Positions 25,469 through 34,390 of a DNA stretch of 64,000 bases are shown one piece after another. The stretch comes from a virus (lineage: Duplodnaviria > Heunggongvirae > Uroviricota > Caudoviricetes): IMG/VR virus record IMGVR_UViG_3300033076_001232, positions 14,435 to 78,434 of that record; one strand, given 5' to 3'. The notes under the pieces are model-generated. The model saw only the letters and a program-made list of their open reading frames with translations. It did not search any database and had not been told where the DNA came from. Positions within the stretch are counted from its first letter, which is position 1. Every line of letters begins with the position of its first letter. A program made the position numbers and the translations under genes.

Positions 25469-28168
25469 ATGATAATTATTTTACCAAAAACAACCGAGTA
25501 TAAGTTAGGGAATGACTTTCCCCTAATTACCATACCGATGACTATGGAAAATGCTCAGGAAGCTTCATTCGAAGATTTCCAGTGGTGGGCATTATCGGAG
25601 GATTTCCAAAAGTGGTTAAAAGCTAATCCTAGACAATGGGTTGCAGACTCCGAAGATCTATCTAAGTATACAGGAAGTCTAACTGAGTATCTCAGAGAAT
25701 GTATGGAGAATCCAACAGACGAAGATTCTCTAAGTGAATCGAAGGTTGCTTCTTTTAAGGATTATGAAAGAATGATTTATGAAAATCTTCAGCTTTTTGA
25801 AGAAGATGGAGAGGAATCTTCCGGTGTAGATGACCAGGCTACTGTAAAAGAAGCAGTTAAGTTCCACTTTGCATACAACTCACTAAAATCTCAAGGAGCT
25901 ATTCAAGAATCAGCAACAGGAGAACAAATAGCATCAGGAGACGATAAAGCGGTTTTCTTAGTTCTGGAGGATCCTGAATCTAAAGAAAATCTTCTTGAAA
26001 CTATGAAGGCCTTCAGAATGAAAGGCTTCACACAAACATCTGCAGGATCCAAGTTTACTTTGATTAATGTTACTGAAATGGTTCCTGGTGGTGCTGTTTC
26101 AGAGGACGATACCGCAGAAAATGTTGTTGGTAAGATAGTTCAGGATGCTACAATATTAGCTACAACTGCAGGAGCTGGAGTATTGATATTCGGAGCTCTT
26201 AAAGTAGCTGGAGGTGCTTTAGGAACCCGTGCATTATTAAAAACAATAAAAGGATTTTCACCTAGTGCAGCAGCTCAAGCAGCAGCACAGACTGCAGGTA
26301 AACCTGGTATTTGGAGTAAAGCAGGTAAATTCACTGCTGGTAAACTAAAAAGTATTTGGGGTGTTGCTAAAGATATGGCAGTACTCAAAAATACTAGAAT
26401 TGCTGCACAAGGAGCAGCAAGAGGATTTAGAGGAGCCAAGGCAGCTTATATGTTAGGTAAGCAAGGAATTGGTGGTGCCCTTAAAGCATTCGGTAAAGGA
26501 TTTACAAGAGGATTTAGCAAGCTAGGTGGAAAGGCAATACCTTTCGTTGGTGAGGTTTTAATGGTTATTGATGCTGTTGGTTCTACCTGGAACTGGTTTA
26601 GCTCGAATCAAGCTCCAAGATACGGTGAGGTCGAAGATTTCGCTCACAATTCAATGGATCCATCAGCTATCCCAGTTGGTGTTCCTATCACCATATGTTG
26701 GTCTCAGCCTGCAGGTGGATGGGGAGGAGCAGCAACTAGCTTCTTTTTTAATAATGAAACAAGGACTACGTGCGAGCTTGTAAAAATAGGTACTAAAGAT
26801 AACTACTCTATATTCATTCTTACCCAAGTAAATTCCAAGGAAGTTCAGAAACAATTGGCCGAGCACGACTTGGTAATGATTGCACTAGATAACAGTGATA
26901 AAGTTAATGAACAACCTGAGGATGAAAGTAATGTTCTGATGAAGATAGGTAAGTATGTTCAGAGAACATTTGATAACGAGGACCTAGATTTTAAAATGTC
27001 ATTCGTTGATGGGATCGATAAAATCGCAGCTTTATTTAATTTCCAGGGGATGTGTGATTGGAGCACATTCATTAATGAATATAATAATGCTTCGGACCAA
27101 TTAATAATAGCTGATGAAAACGCACCTGCTACTTACCAGTTCTATTATACTGATGCGGAGGATAACATAATTAACGTTGCAGGAAGTCTCATAACCAGTG
27201 ACGAGTTAGCTTCAATATCTGATACTGATATAGAGAAAATATTCTATCCGATTGAAGGCGGTGAAGATGTATTCGGTAAGATTAAGAAAAAAGGAGAGGG
27301 AGAGGTTGAAGAATCCGAGGATTTTAACCCGACCGGGCTTCATTCTCTAATGGAATCATCTGGAGTAATCACATCCTTCTCTGATTTCAATAAGTCTCTA
27401 GATAGAGTTAATTCTGAAATTTTGGAAACAACAAAAACAGAGGGTAACCCAGACGAAGGAGCGGGAGATCCGGATTCACAAAGTGAATCTAATACGGTTG
27501 ATCTAGAACCTGAGGATAAGGCAGAACCTGCAAAGGTGGCAATATACAAGGTTACCGACCGTGAATATGCTAATCCTGAATTAAGAAAATATAAAGCTGG
27601 TGTATTTACCCAGTTTATTCTTACTGAGGAATCTTTCGATGCTAAAGCAAATGAATCTATAGGTGTGGATGTTAATACTACAGGTGAAGATTTAGAAGAT
27701 CCAAGAAGAGGAGTTTATGCTTACAAGAGAAAAGAGGATAAACCTGTAGTTGTAGTAGATAAGGATAAGGAAAAAGATAAGGAAGAGGAAGAAGTTAAAA
27801 GAGATCAGCAACCAGACGTAAAAACAGAGGATGACTATTACGTAAAAGTTGATCCTAAAGACGTAGAGATAAAGGACAAGAGAAACTCTACAGTTATTAG
27901 GGACAAAAGCGTAGAGGGAGGAATAAACATTCTTGATGAATTCCTAGACGCTAAGAAAAAAGAACTTTTGGGTATATCTGATTGGAAAGCAATAACATTT
28001 GCTAAATCTATGACAGATGCAAGAGGCGATGTTACTGAGGTTAAACTTAAGAATAGATTTGCTCCGTTCGGTGATAAGATTAGAAAATATCGAGTTACTG
28101 ATGGTGAAGCTTTTGAAATAGCGAAGAAGTTTGCCGAGGACGTAGAAACAAGAATAAAATATGAATAA
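25469..28168 (+). CDS. Large probable internal virion / ejection protein with membrane-active helices
   Basis: Gly/Ala/Lys-rich amphipathic and hydrophobic core (AGAGVLIFGALKVAGG; GKAIPFVGEVLMVIDAVG); internal SFxDF/Y motifs; upstream of the protease and capsid genes. Confidence 0.5.
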   Translation: MIIILPKTTEYKLGNDFPLITIPMTMENAQEASFEDFQWWALSEDFQKWLKANPRQWVADSEDLSKYTGSLTEYLRECMENPTDEDSLSESKVASFKDYERMIYENLQLFEEDGEESSGVDDQATVKEAVKFHFAYNSLKSQGAIQESATGEQIASGDDKAVFLVLEDPESKENLLETMKAFRMKGFTQTSAGSKFTLINVTEMVPGGAVSEDDTAENVVGKIVQDATILATTAGAGVLIFGALKVAGGALGTRALLKTIKGFSPSAAAQAAAQTAGKPGIWSKAGKFTAGKLKSIWGVAKDMAVLKNTRIAAQGAARGFRGAKAAYMLGKQGIGGALKAFGKGFTRGFSKLGGKAIPFVGEVLMVIDAVGSTWNWFSSNQAPRYGEVEDFAHNSMDPSAIPVGVPITICWSQPAGGWGGAATSFFFNNETRTTCELVKIGTKDNYSIFILTQVNSKEVQKQLAEHDLVMIALDNSDKVNEQPEDESNVLMKIGKYVQRTFDNEDLDFKMSFVDGIDKIAALFNFQGMCDWSTFINEYNNASDQLIIADENAPATYQFYYTDAEDNIINVAGSLITSDELASISDTDIEKIFYPIEGGEDVFGKIKKKGEGEVEESEDFNPTGLHSLMESSGVITSFSDFNKSLDRVNSEILETTKTEGNPDEGAGDPDSQSESNTVDLEPEDKAEPAKVAIYKVTDREYANPELRKYKAGVFTQFILTEESFDAKANESIGVDVNTTGEDLEDPRRGVYAYKRKEDKPVVVVDKDKEKDKEEEEVKRDQQPDVKTEDDYYVKVDPKDVEIKDKRNSTVIRDKSVEGGINILDEFLDAKKKELLGISDWKAITFAKSMTDARGDVTEVKLKNRFAPFGDKIRKYRVTDGEAFEIAKKFAEDVETRIKYE

Positions 28169-28203
28169 TCTTCAGAATGTTAAAAAATATCTGAATGATT
28201 GTT

Positions 28204-28211
28204 GATATATA
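28204..28211 (+). promoter_or_regulatory. Late promoter motif GATATATA upstream of protease/capsid
   Basis: Recurrent motif. Confidence 0.65.
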
Positions 28212-28236
28212 AATGACATAAAAAAGAAAAATAAAA

Positions 28237-30258
28237 ATGCCAACAACTCAAAGACTTAACGAAGAATTGGTTTTTATCCTTGAAAGACAGGAGCTTTTCC
28301 TTGAATCTAAAAAGGAAGGCTCAGAAGATTATGTCTTGGAAGGTATAGCTGCTGTTTTCGGTAAAGAAAACAACAATAACCGAATCTATGAAGAGAAAGA
28401 ATATCTTCCTCACTTAGATTATCTTAAGGATAAAATCAAACAAAGAAGATTGGTTGGTGAGCTTGATCACCCTGAAAAGTTTGACGTTTCACTTAAGAAT
28501 ATTTCACATATCATAGAAAAATTAGACTATGATAAAGGAAATAGACAACTTAAGATCAAAGTTAGATTGTTGGATACCCCAGCAGGTAAAATAGCTAAAA
28601 ATTTAGTTGATGCCGGTGTTCCTTTATCGATATCATCTAGAGCTGCTGGCTCAGTTGGTGGAGATAAAAAGGTACAGATTAAAAAAATATTCACCTATGA
28701 TCTAGTTGCAGATCCAGGTTTTCAAGATGCACAGTTAGAAAGAGTTTATGAGAGTGCAGGTTTCACTTATGAAGAATTCTTCGAGAAGAGAAACAACACT
28801 ATCCTAAACAGCTTGACTTGTTTAAATGAGTCTTTGGGTCTAGAAAATGAATCTCCTGTGAAGATATATAGAGTTGAAAACAACGAAGAATTTAATAAAC
28901 TCGTGAAAACAGACAAAAATAAAACATCCCTTATGGAGAATAATGAATTTGTTACCGCTGAAGAATTGAATCAATATTCCCTTTTTCTAAAGAAGGAAAT
29001 GGATTCGATGAAGAATGAGCTGACATCTATTAGACAAGAAAGAAATACTATCACCGAATCTAATAGTGATTATTCTAAATCTATGGTTACCCAACTTGAA
29101 AACAGAGTAGCTAAGCTAGAGAAATATTCTGAGTATCTTGCAGAGAATTTAGATAACGCTATCAAGTATGGTGAATATCTTGCAGAGAATTTAGACCAAA
29201 GCATTGGCTATAGCAAGTACTTAGCTGAAAATTTAGATAAGAACATTTCTTATTCTAAATATCTTGCTGAGAACGTTGATAAGAACATTTCTTATTCTAA
29301 ATATCTTGCTGAGAACGTTGATAAATCTATTAGCTATACTGAATATGTAGCTGAGAACGTTGACAAAAATATCGAGTACTCTAGATATCTAGCTGAGAAA
29401 CTAGATCAATCTATCCAATACTCTGAATATCTTGCTGAGAACGTTGATAACAACATCGCTTACAGTGAGCATATCGCAGAAAACGTTAATGATGGAATAG
29501 CTTACACTGAATATGTAGCTGAGAAATTAAACGACGGTATCGAGTACACAGAGTATCTTGCTGAGAATTTAAATAAATCAATCTCTTATGCTGATTATTT
29601 AGCTGAGAATTTAAATAGAGGTTTAGATTATTCTGAATACTTAGCAGAAAAAGTTAAGAGAGGAATTGATTACGCTGAATATATTGCTGAAAGCATCAAT
29701 TCAGGAACACAATCTCTAAACACTAATAACTCCGACTTTGGAAGTATTAGAGAAAGCGTTGATGTTAGTGCGCATGCAGGACTTAATGAGTCAGGCTTTG
29801 CTGGTAACTACGACGATTTAACTTCAAAAATTGACAATTTGATCGAATCGGTTAAAACACAAAAAACCGAGTCAAATATAAACGAGGCTGCTTCTAGAAT
29901 GCAGACTCAAGCCAACACACAAAAGGCAGACGAAACAGTTCTTAACGAATCAATTAACGAAGGAGGAACTGGTCTCAAATTTATTGATGAAATGCCAGAA
30001 GAATATTCTACGGTTTGGGAATCTTTAACTGAGGGTCACAAGCAATCTATCATTGCACAAAGTAACTTCTACAGATTAGATACCCCTTACCAAATTAAGA
30101 ATTTCTGGTCCACACGTCAATTGGGATCTAAAACTCTAGGAGTTCAAAAATTGAACGAAAACGAAAACGCAGCTGAAAATAACGCAACACAAGCTTACTC
30201 AAGCGATTATATGGCTTACATAGCTTCTGCGTTAGAGCAAAAATTTCAAAAAAGGTAA
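28237..30258 (+). CDS. gp21: Prohead protease fused to scaffold/core protein
   Basis: LEGIAA, NNNNRIY, GELDHP, ISH, DTPAGKIAK, SISSRAAG, TYDLVADPGF; C-terminal coiled coil with 14-aa repeats. Confidence 0.9.
   Translation: MPTTQRLNEELVFILERQELFLESKKEGSEDYVLEGIAAVFGKENNNNRIYEEKEYLPHLDYLKDKIKQRRLVGELDHPEKFDVSLKNISHIIEKLDYDKGNRQLKIKVRLLDTPAGKIAKNLVDAGVPLSISSRAAGSVGGDKKVQIKKIFTYDLVADPGFQDAQLERVYESAGFTYEEFFEKRNNTILNSLTCLNESLGLENESPVKIYRVENNEEFNKLVKTDKNKTSLMENNEFVTAEELNQYSLFLKKEMDSMKNELTSIRQERNTITESNSDYSKSMVTQLENRVAKLEKYSEYLAENLDNAIKYGEYLAENLDQSIGYSKYLAENLDKNISYSKYLAENVDKNISYSKYLAENVDKSISYTEYVAENVDKNIEYSRYLAEKLDQSIQYSEYLAENVDNNIAYSEHIAENVNDGIAYTEYVAEKLNDGIEYTEYLAENLNKSISYADYLAENLNRGLDYSEYLAEKVKRGIDYAEYIAESINSGTQSLNTNNSDFGSIRESVDVSAHAGLNESGFAGNYDDLTSKIDNLIESVKTQKTESNINEAASRMQTQANTQKADETVLNESINEGGTGLKFIDEMPEEYSTVWESLTEGHKQSIIAQSNFYRLDTPYQIKNFWSTRQLGSKTLGVQKLNENENAAENNATQAYSSDYMAYIASALEQKFQKR
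29125..29694 (+). repeat. 42-bp (14-aa) tandem coding repeat, 13 full units plus 1 partial, consensus YSEYLAENLDKxIx
   Basis: Read directly; includes an exact 42-nt DNA duplication near 29236/29278. Confidence 0.95.
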
Positions 30259-30276
30259 AAAAAATAGAAAACAATC

Positions 30277-31977
30277 ATGAAACTGATTAACGAACAAGAA
30301 ATCTATGATACCTGGTCTCCGATTATCGAGAGCAAAGCTGGTATCACAGATGAAAACAAAAAAGGTTGGTTGACTAAATACTGTCACTACCACTCATTAA
30401 ATGAGTCTGCTGGAGCTTATAACACTTTAGGTGTTGTAAACGGTATGGGTAACGTTGCTCCCCCAGCATTCCCTGGTGCTACTATTGGTGGTACTTCTTT
30501 CTCAACAGGCGCTAACGCTGGTTTCTACAACACAGCATGGCAAGGATCTGGAGATAAATTCCCTTCACTTCTTCCGTTGGCTATTCAAGTAGCTGCGAAG
30601 ACTGTAGGTTTTGATATCGTTCCAGTTATCCCTATGTCTGGTCCTACTGGTATCTTGTCTTACTTAGACTATGTATACGCAGGTGGTAAAGTTGCAGGTG
30701 CTACTTCTGCTGTATCTGGAGACAGTTTAGCAAAAGCTCCTTCAATGATTAAATTCCCAGTTGCTCAAGGATCTGCTGCAGGTCTTACTGGTGCTACTGC
30801 TGGAACATTTACTGTAGGTACTGCTTATACCATTACAAATGGTGGAGTTCTTACATTAAGATTTGTTGGTCTTTCAAGAATCGATGGTTTCCCAATCTTC
30901 GAAATTGAAAACATCACAGACGGTTATAACGTAGCTGGTATCATCGCTTCTCCTTTTGGACAAAACGTTGTTACTTCTACAATGTACACTTCTGGTTCTG
31001 CTCAGTTAGTTAAAGGTCTTGAAGATCACATCCAAGGATTCTCTGGTGCTGGTTTCAACAACACAGACGACTGGCAAGGTCCTTACGTAGATGGTACTAA
31101 GACTTACAATCCAATGTTAAGAGGTGTTGCTGAGTCTACTTACTACAACTCAATGGGTCTATCGACTTTCACTAAGTTCGTAGAAGCTGAGACTTTCCAA
31201 GTTGCTGCTTCTGTTACAACTGAGCAAATCCAAGATCTTAACAAACAATTCGGTATCGACGTTATCTCAATGATCGAGAACGCATTGGTTAATGAGGTTT
31301 CTCAGTCTATTAACAAGCACATCCTTTCAAGAGCATTCGCTCTAGGTTGGTCTAACCACATCCAATTCAACTCAGTTGAAAACCAAAACTTGAACTTGAA
31401 CTTGGTTATCGGTGGTGGTTCTGGTACTACTTCAGCTTACGTTAAGAAAGATGATACTACTGGATCTATGGCTATCCCTGCAGGTCCTGCATCAGGTGGT
31501 TATGAGAACTTGTCAACTCTACAAAGAAGACTATTCTCAAGAATCCTTGCAGCTGCTAATGTAGTAGCTAACAGAGGTCGTAGAGGTCCTGCTAACTTCA
31601 TCGTTACTAACGCTGCAGTAGCAAGTGCACTTCAAGATATCTCTCAGTTCACTTTCGCACCTTTCTCTAACACGTTGACTCAAAACAACGGTACTTTATA
31701 CCCTGTAGGTTCACTTGCTGGTATGACCGTTTACGTAGATCAGAACATGAGATACGACGATACACGTGTATGTATTGGTAGAAAAGGTGGTGATGATGAG
31801 CCAGGATTGAAATTCATGCCTTACATGATGGCTGAGTCAATTCAGACTATCTCTGAAGGTACAATGTCACCTAAAATCGCGGTTAAATCAAGATACGCTC
31901 TAGTTGAAGCTGGTTTCTTACCAGAGACTATGTACTTGACATTCTATGTTAATGTACCTGCTGGAGGTTTAGCTTAA
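30277..31977 (+). CDS. gp23: Major capsid protein (T4 gp23-like)
   Basis: WSPIIES, DIVPVIPMSGPTG, TEQIQDL..GID, NEVSQSINKHIL, RRGPANFIV, VYVD, FMPY, PKIAVKSRYAL; strongly biased codons. Confidence 0.95.
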   Translation: MKLINEQEIYDTWSPIIESKAGITDENKKGWLTKYCHYHSLNESAGAYNTLGVVNGMGNVAPPAFPGATIGGTSFSTGANAGFYNTAWQGSGDKFPSLLPLAIQVAAKTVGFDIVPVIPMSGPTGILSYLDYVYAGGKVAGATSAVSGDSLAKAPSMIKFPVAQGSAAGLTGATAGTFTVGTAYTITNGGVLTLRFVGLSRIDGFPIFEIENITDGYNVAGIIASPFGQNVVTSTMYTSGSAQLVKGLEDHIQGFSGAGFNNTDDWQGPYVDGTKTYNPMLRGVAESTYYNSMGLSTFTKFVEAETFQVAASVTTEQIQDLNKQFGIDVISMIENALVNEVSQSINKHILSRAFALGWSNHIQFNSVENQNLNLNLVIGGGSGTTSAYVKKDDTTGSMAIPAGPASGGYENLSTLQRRLFSRILAAANVVANRGRRGPANFIVTNAAVASALQDISQFTFAPFSNTLTQNNGTLYPVGSLAGMTVYVDQNMRYDDTRVCIGRKGGDDEPGLKFMPYMMAESIQTISEGTMSPKIAVKSRYALVEAGFLPETMYLTFYVNVPAGGLA

Positions 31978-32000
31978 TCTTAACCACATAAGCACATATT

Positions 32001-32030
32001 AAAACCCTAGGCTCAGCCTAGGGTTTTTTT
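32001..32030 (+). terminator. Intrinsic terminator after the capsid gene
   Basis: AAAACCCTAGGC-TCA-GCCTAGGGTTTTTTT. Confidence 0.9.
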
Positions 32031-32040
32031 GTTTACTTGG

Positions 32041-32048
32041 GATATATA
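32041..32048 (+). promoter_or_regulatory. Late promoter motif GATATATA
   Basis: Directly after the capsid terminator. Confidence 0.65.
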
Positions 32049-32073
32049 GAGAGTAGAAAAGTAAAATTTTAAT

Positions 32074-33234
32074 ATGAAAAATATCCCATCTTTTGAAGAA
32101 TTCGAAAAGCATTATGATTTCATAGAGTCAACTAACGAAAGCCTCATGGAAGAGCTTAGAAATCTAGAGGGAGCTAATCCTGAACATTCCGTAAACGAAG
32201 GACACGTTATGAATGCTGCTAAGAACTTCCTGTCCAAATTTTTTCTTGGTCCACTCTCTAGAGTAAATGCAATAGACCAAGCTAGAAAGATTATTCTAGA
32301 ATTAGAATTAGATCTAATAGAAAAAAGACATAAGTACGAGCAAGAAGCGGATGAGCTAAACACCAAGATTGACGAACTTACCAAAATTAACGATAAGGAA
32401 AAGATTCTTTCCTTAGAGAAAGAAAGAGAAATGAAGGCTAGAGAAATGGATGCCTATGTTAAAACTCAGAAACTTAAGATTCAGAAATCCAAAGATGTAG
32501 CAAGAAAGATCGTAGATGGTAACCAGAGAAGAAAAGAATATCTGGATGCTGGTTATGCCGAGGATGAGATTGCAATAGCAGAACTTGAGTATAAGCTGAT
32601 TTCACAAAGGTCGGAAGATAAAGAAGAAATTGGAGAATACGAAGCTAAAGTTAAAAAAGCTAAAGAAGAAGCCGATGCTAAAGCTGCTGCAATGAAGGAT
32701 AAAGCTGAAGAGAAAGATGTTAAGGATACAGAGAAAAAATCGGAGGAAGATTCACCTGAGGATTTATCTTTGGATCCCCAAGAAGAGAAGAAAAAAGTTG
32801 CCAGCAGAAAATACAAAGATATTATAGAGAGAAAAAAAGAGTTAGCTGTCGAGATAGCTGATTTGAGATCTCAGCTGGAAAGAACTTTGAATAAATTTAG
32901 GTCTAGAGTTTCTGCTAACTCAGCAGCAGGAAAGAAAGAATCTAAATATGCGGAAACTGTTAAATTCTCTCTTTTAGAAATTTGTTCAGCATTAGATTCG
33001 AAGATAAACCTACTTAAAACATTAAGAGATTTAGGAAAAACTGAATCTGATGTAAATAATAAATTAGGTAAGGAGAGCGAATTTACTAAATTAGCTGATA
33101 AAATCAATCAGAGCATTCTAGATGGTGAGGATGCTAATTCAGGTACTAAGAAGATTATAGCTGATTTATTTACTGCTTCACAGGTAACGACCCAATTAAT
33201 CGATGAGGCTAAAAGAAAAATAATGGAAAACTAA
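32074..33234 (+). CDS. Probable internal head coiled-coil protein
   Basis: Leader MKNIPSFEEFE..TNES; paralogous to the next ORF; late motif at 32041. Confidence 0.55.
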   Translation: MKNIPSFEEFEKHYDFIESTNESLMEELRNLEGANPEHSVNEGHVMNAAKNFLSKFFLGPLSRVNAIDQARKIILELELDLIEKRHKYEQEADELNTKIDELTKINDKEKILSLEKEREMKAREMDAYVKTQKLKIQKSKDVARKIVDGNQRRKEYLDAGYAEDEIAIAELEYKLISQRSEDKEEIGEYEAKVKKAKEEADAKAAAMKDKAEEKDVKDTEKKSEEDSPEDLSLDPQEEKKKVASRKYKDIIERKKELAVEIADLRSQLERTLNKFRSRVSANSAAGKKESKYAETVKFSLLEICSALDSKINLLKTLRDLGKTESDVNNKLGKESEFTKLADKINQSILDGEDANSGTKKIIADLFTASQVTTQLIDEAKRKIMEN

Positions 33235-33239
33235 TCGAT

Positions 33240-34133
33240 ATGTCATTACTTAAATTTAACGAGTGGGATCAACTAAACGAAGCCAATGTTTTTGATAAAA
33301 TCAAGAGTTGGTTTAGTGCTAATTTTGGTGGTGCTTTATCTAAGATAGAGGATCTTTTGAGCGAATACCGTTCAGCTGAGACTGAGTATGTAGACGAATG
33401 GGAAAAAATTATCGAGGAGATCGATAAATTGGAATTACAAAGATCTCAAACTAAATCTGATCCTGCGGAGGTAAAAAAGATAGAAAGATACATCCAAAGA
33501 AACCGTCAGGTTCTGGAGGATATGAAGAAAGCACATGCTAAAAAAATAGAGCATTTGATGTTGAAGGTTAAGAAAGCTATTTCAGATAGCAGAAAACTTC
33601 AGGGATATTGGGAATTGAATAAGACAAAGATAGATGCTGAAGTTGCTGATGATATGTTGAAAAGATCTAAGCAATTAGCAAACGTCGATCTTTCAGGTTC
33701 TCTTTATGCTAAATATAAGGAAGCAGTTATAAAGGCCAAGGAAAAAGACCAGGAGTTTAGAGATAAGTATGGGGATCTTATGGATAAGCAGAAAAAATTT
33801 CAAGCTCCGTCTAGCTCGAATAAAACTTCAAAAAGTGGTTTTAGTGATGCTGCTTTCGACCTTTATGTCACTATGTCATTAGGAGAATTTACTAATGAGG
33901 TATCCGAATTAGACAATAAAGAGCGTAAAGAATTAGCATCTTTCTTGATTAATCATAGAAACGATTTATACGTTAGAATGGAGATGGAGAAAGAATCAGC
34001 TAATGAAATGTTTAAATCCGGAGAACTTACAAGGGAAGATCTCGGTAAAAGAATGAAGGAGATCCGGGAGAAATATATGGATCAAATAAGGGATCTAAGA
34101 TCAAAAATAACTGTGTCCAGAAGAAATGCTTAG
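33240..34133 (+). CDS. Probable internal head coiled-coil protein (paralog of 32074..33234)
   Basis: Leader MSLLKFNEWDQLNEA; NEANVFDKIKSWFSANFGGALSKI versus NEGHVMNAAKNFLSKFFLGPLSRV. Confidence 0.55.
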   Translation: MSLLKFNEWDQLNEANVFDKIKSWFSANFGGALSKIEDLLSEYRSAETEYVDEWEKIIEEIDKLELQRSQTKSDPAEVKKIERYIQRNRQVLEDMKKAHAKKIEHLMLKVKKAISDSRKLQGYWELNKTKIDAEVADDMLKRSKQLANVDLSGSLYAKYKEAVIKAKEKDQEFRDKYGDLMDKQKKFQAPSSSNKTSKSGFSDAAFDLYVTMSLGEFTNEVSELDNKERKELASFLINHRNDLYVRMEMEKESANEMFKSGELTREDLGKRMKEIREKYMDQIRDLRSKITVSRRNA

Positions 34134-34383
34134 TTTTTGTGAATTTATAAATGAGGAGGACAGTGGTAAAACCAAAGTCCAACAGATAAAGCTAGATCTT
34201 GCTAAGAAGTTCGATGAAATATCTGCTGCTAAGGCGGAGAAAAAACCTGGCGACGTTGATTCTGAGATTAAGAGCATAGATAAGCAGGCTGCTATTTATA
34301 TGCAGATCTCGAATATGATGAAGACACTTTCTGTTGAAATGAAAAAGGCGGGAGCCCAAAAAACATCAACCAATATATACTAA
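34126..34383 (+). CDS. Small probable internal head protein
   Basis: Leader MLSFCEFINEE. Confidence 0.5.
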   Translation: MLSFCEFINEEDSGKTKVQQIKLDLAKKFDEISAAKAEKKPGDVDSEIKSIDKQAAIYMQISNMMKTLSVEMKKAGAQKTSTNIY

Positions 34384-34390
34384 AAAAGAT

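Noticed and set aside
29125-29694. 42-bp tandem repeats as a CRISPR array
   Set aside because: No unique spacers; in-frame coding repeats with synonymous variation inside the protease-scaffold ORF.
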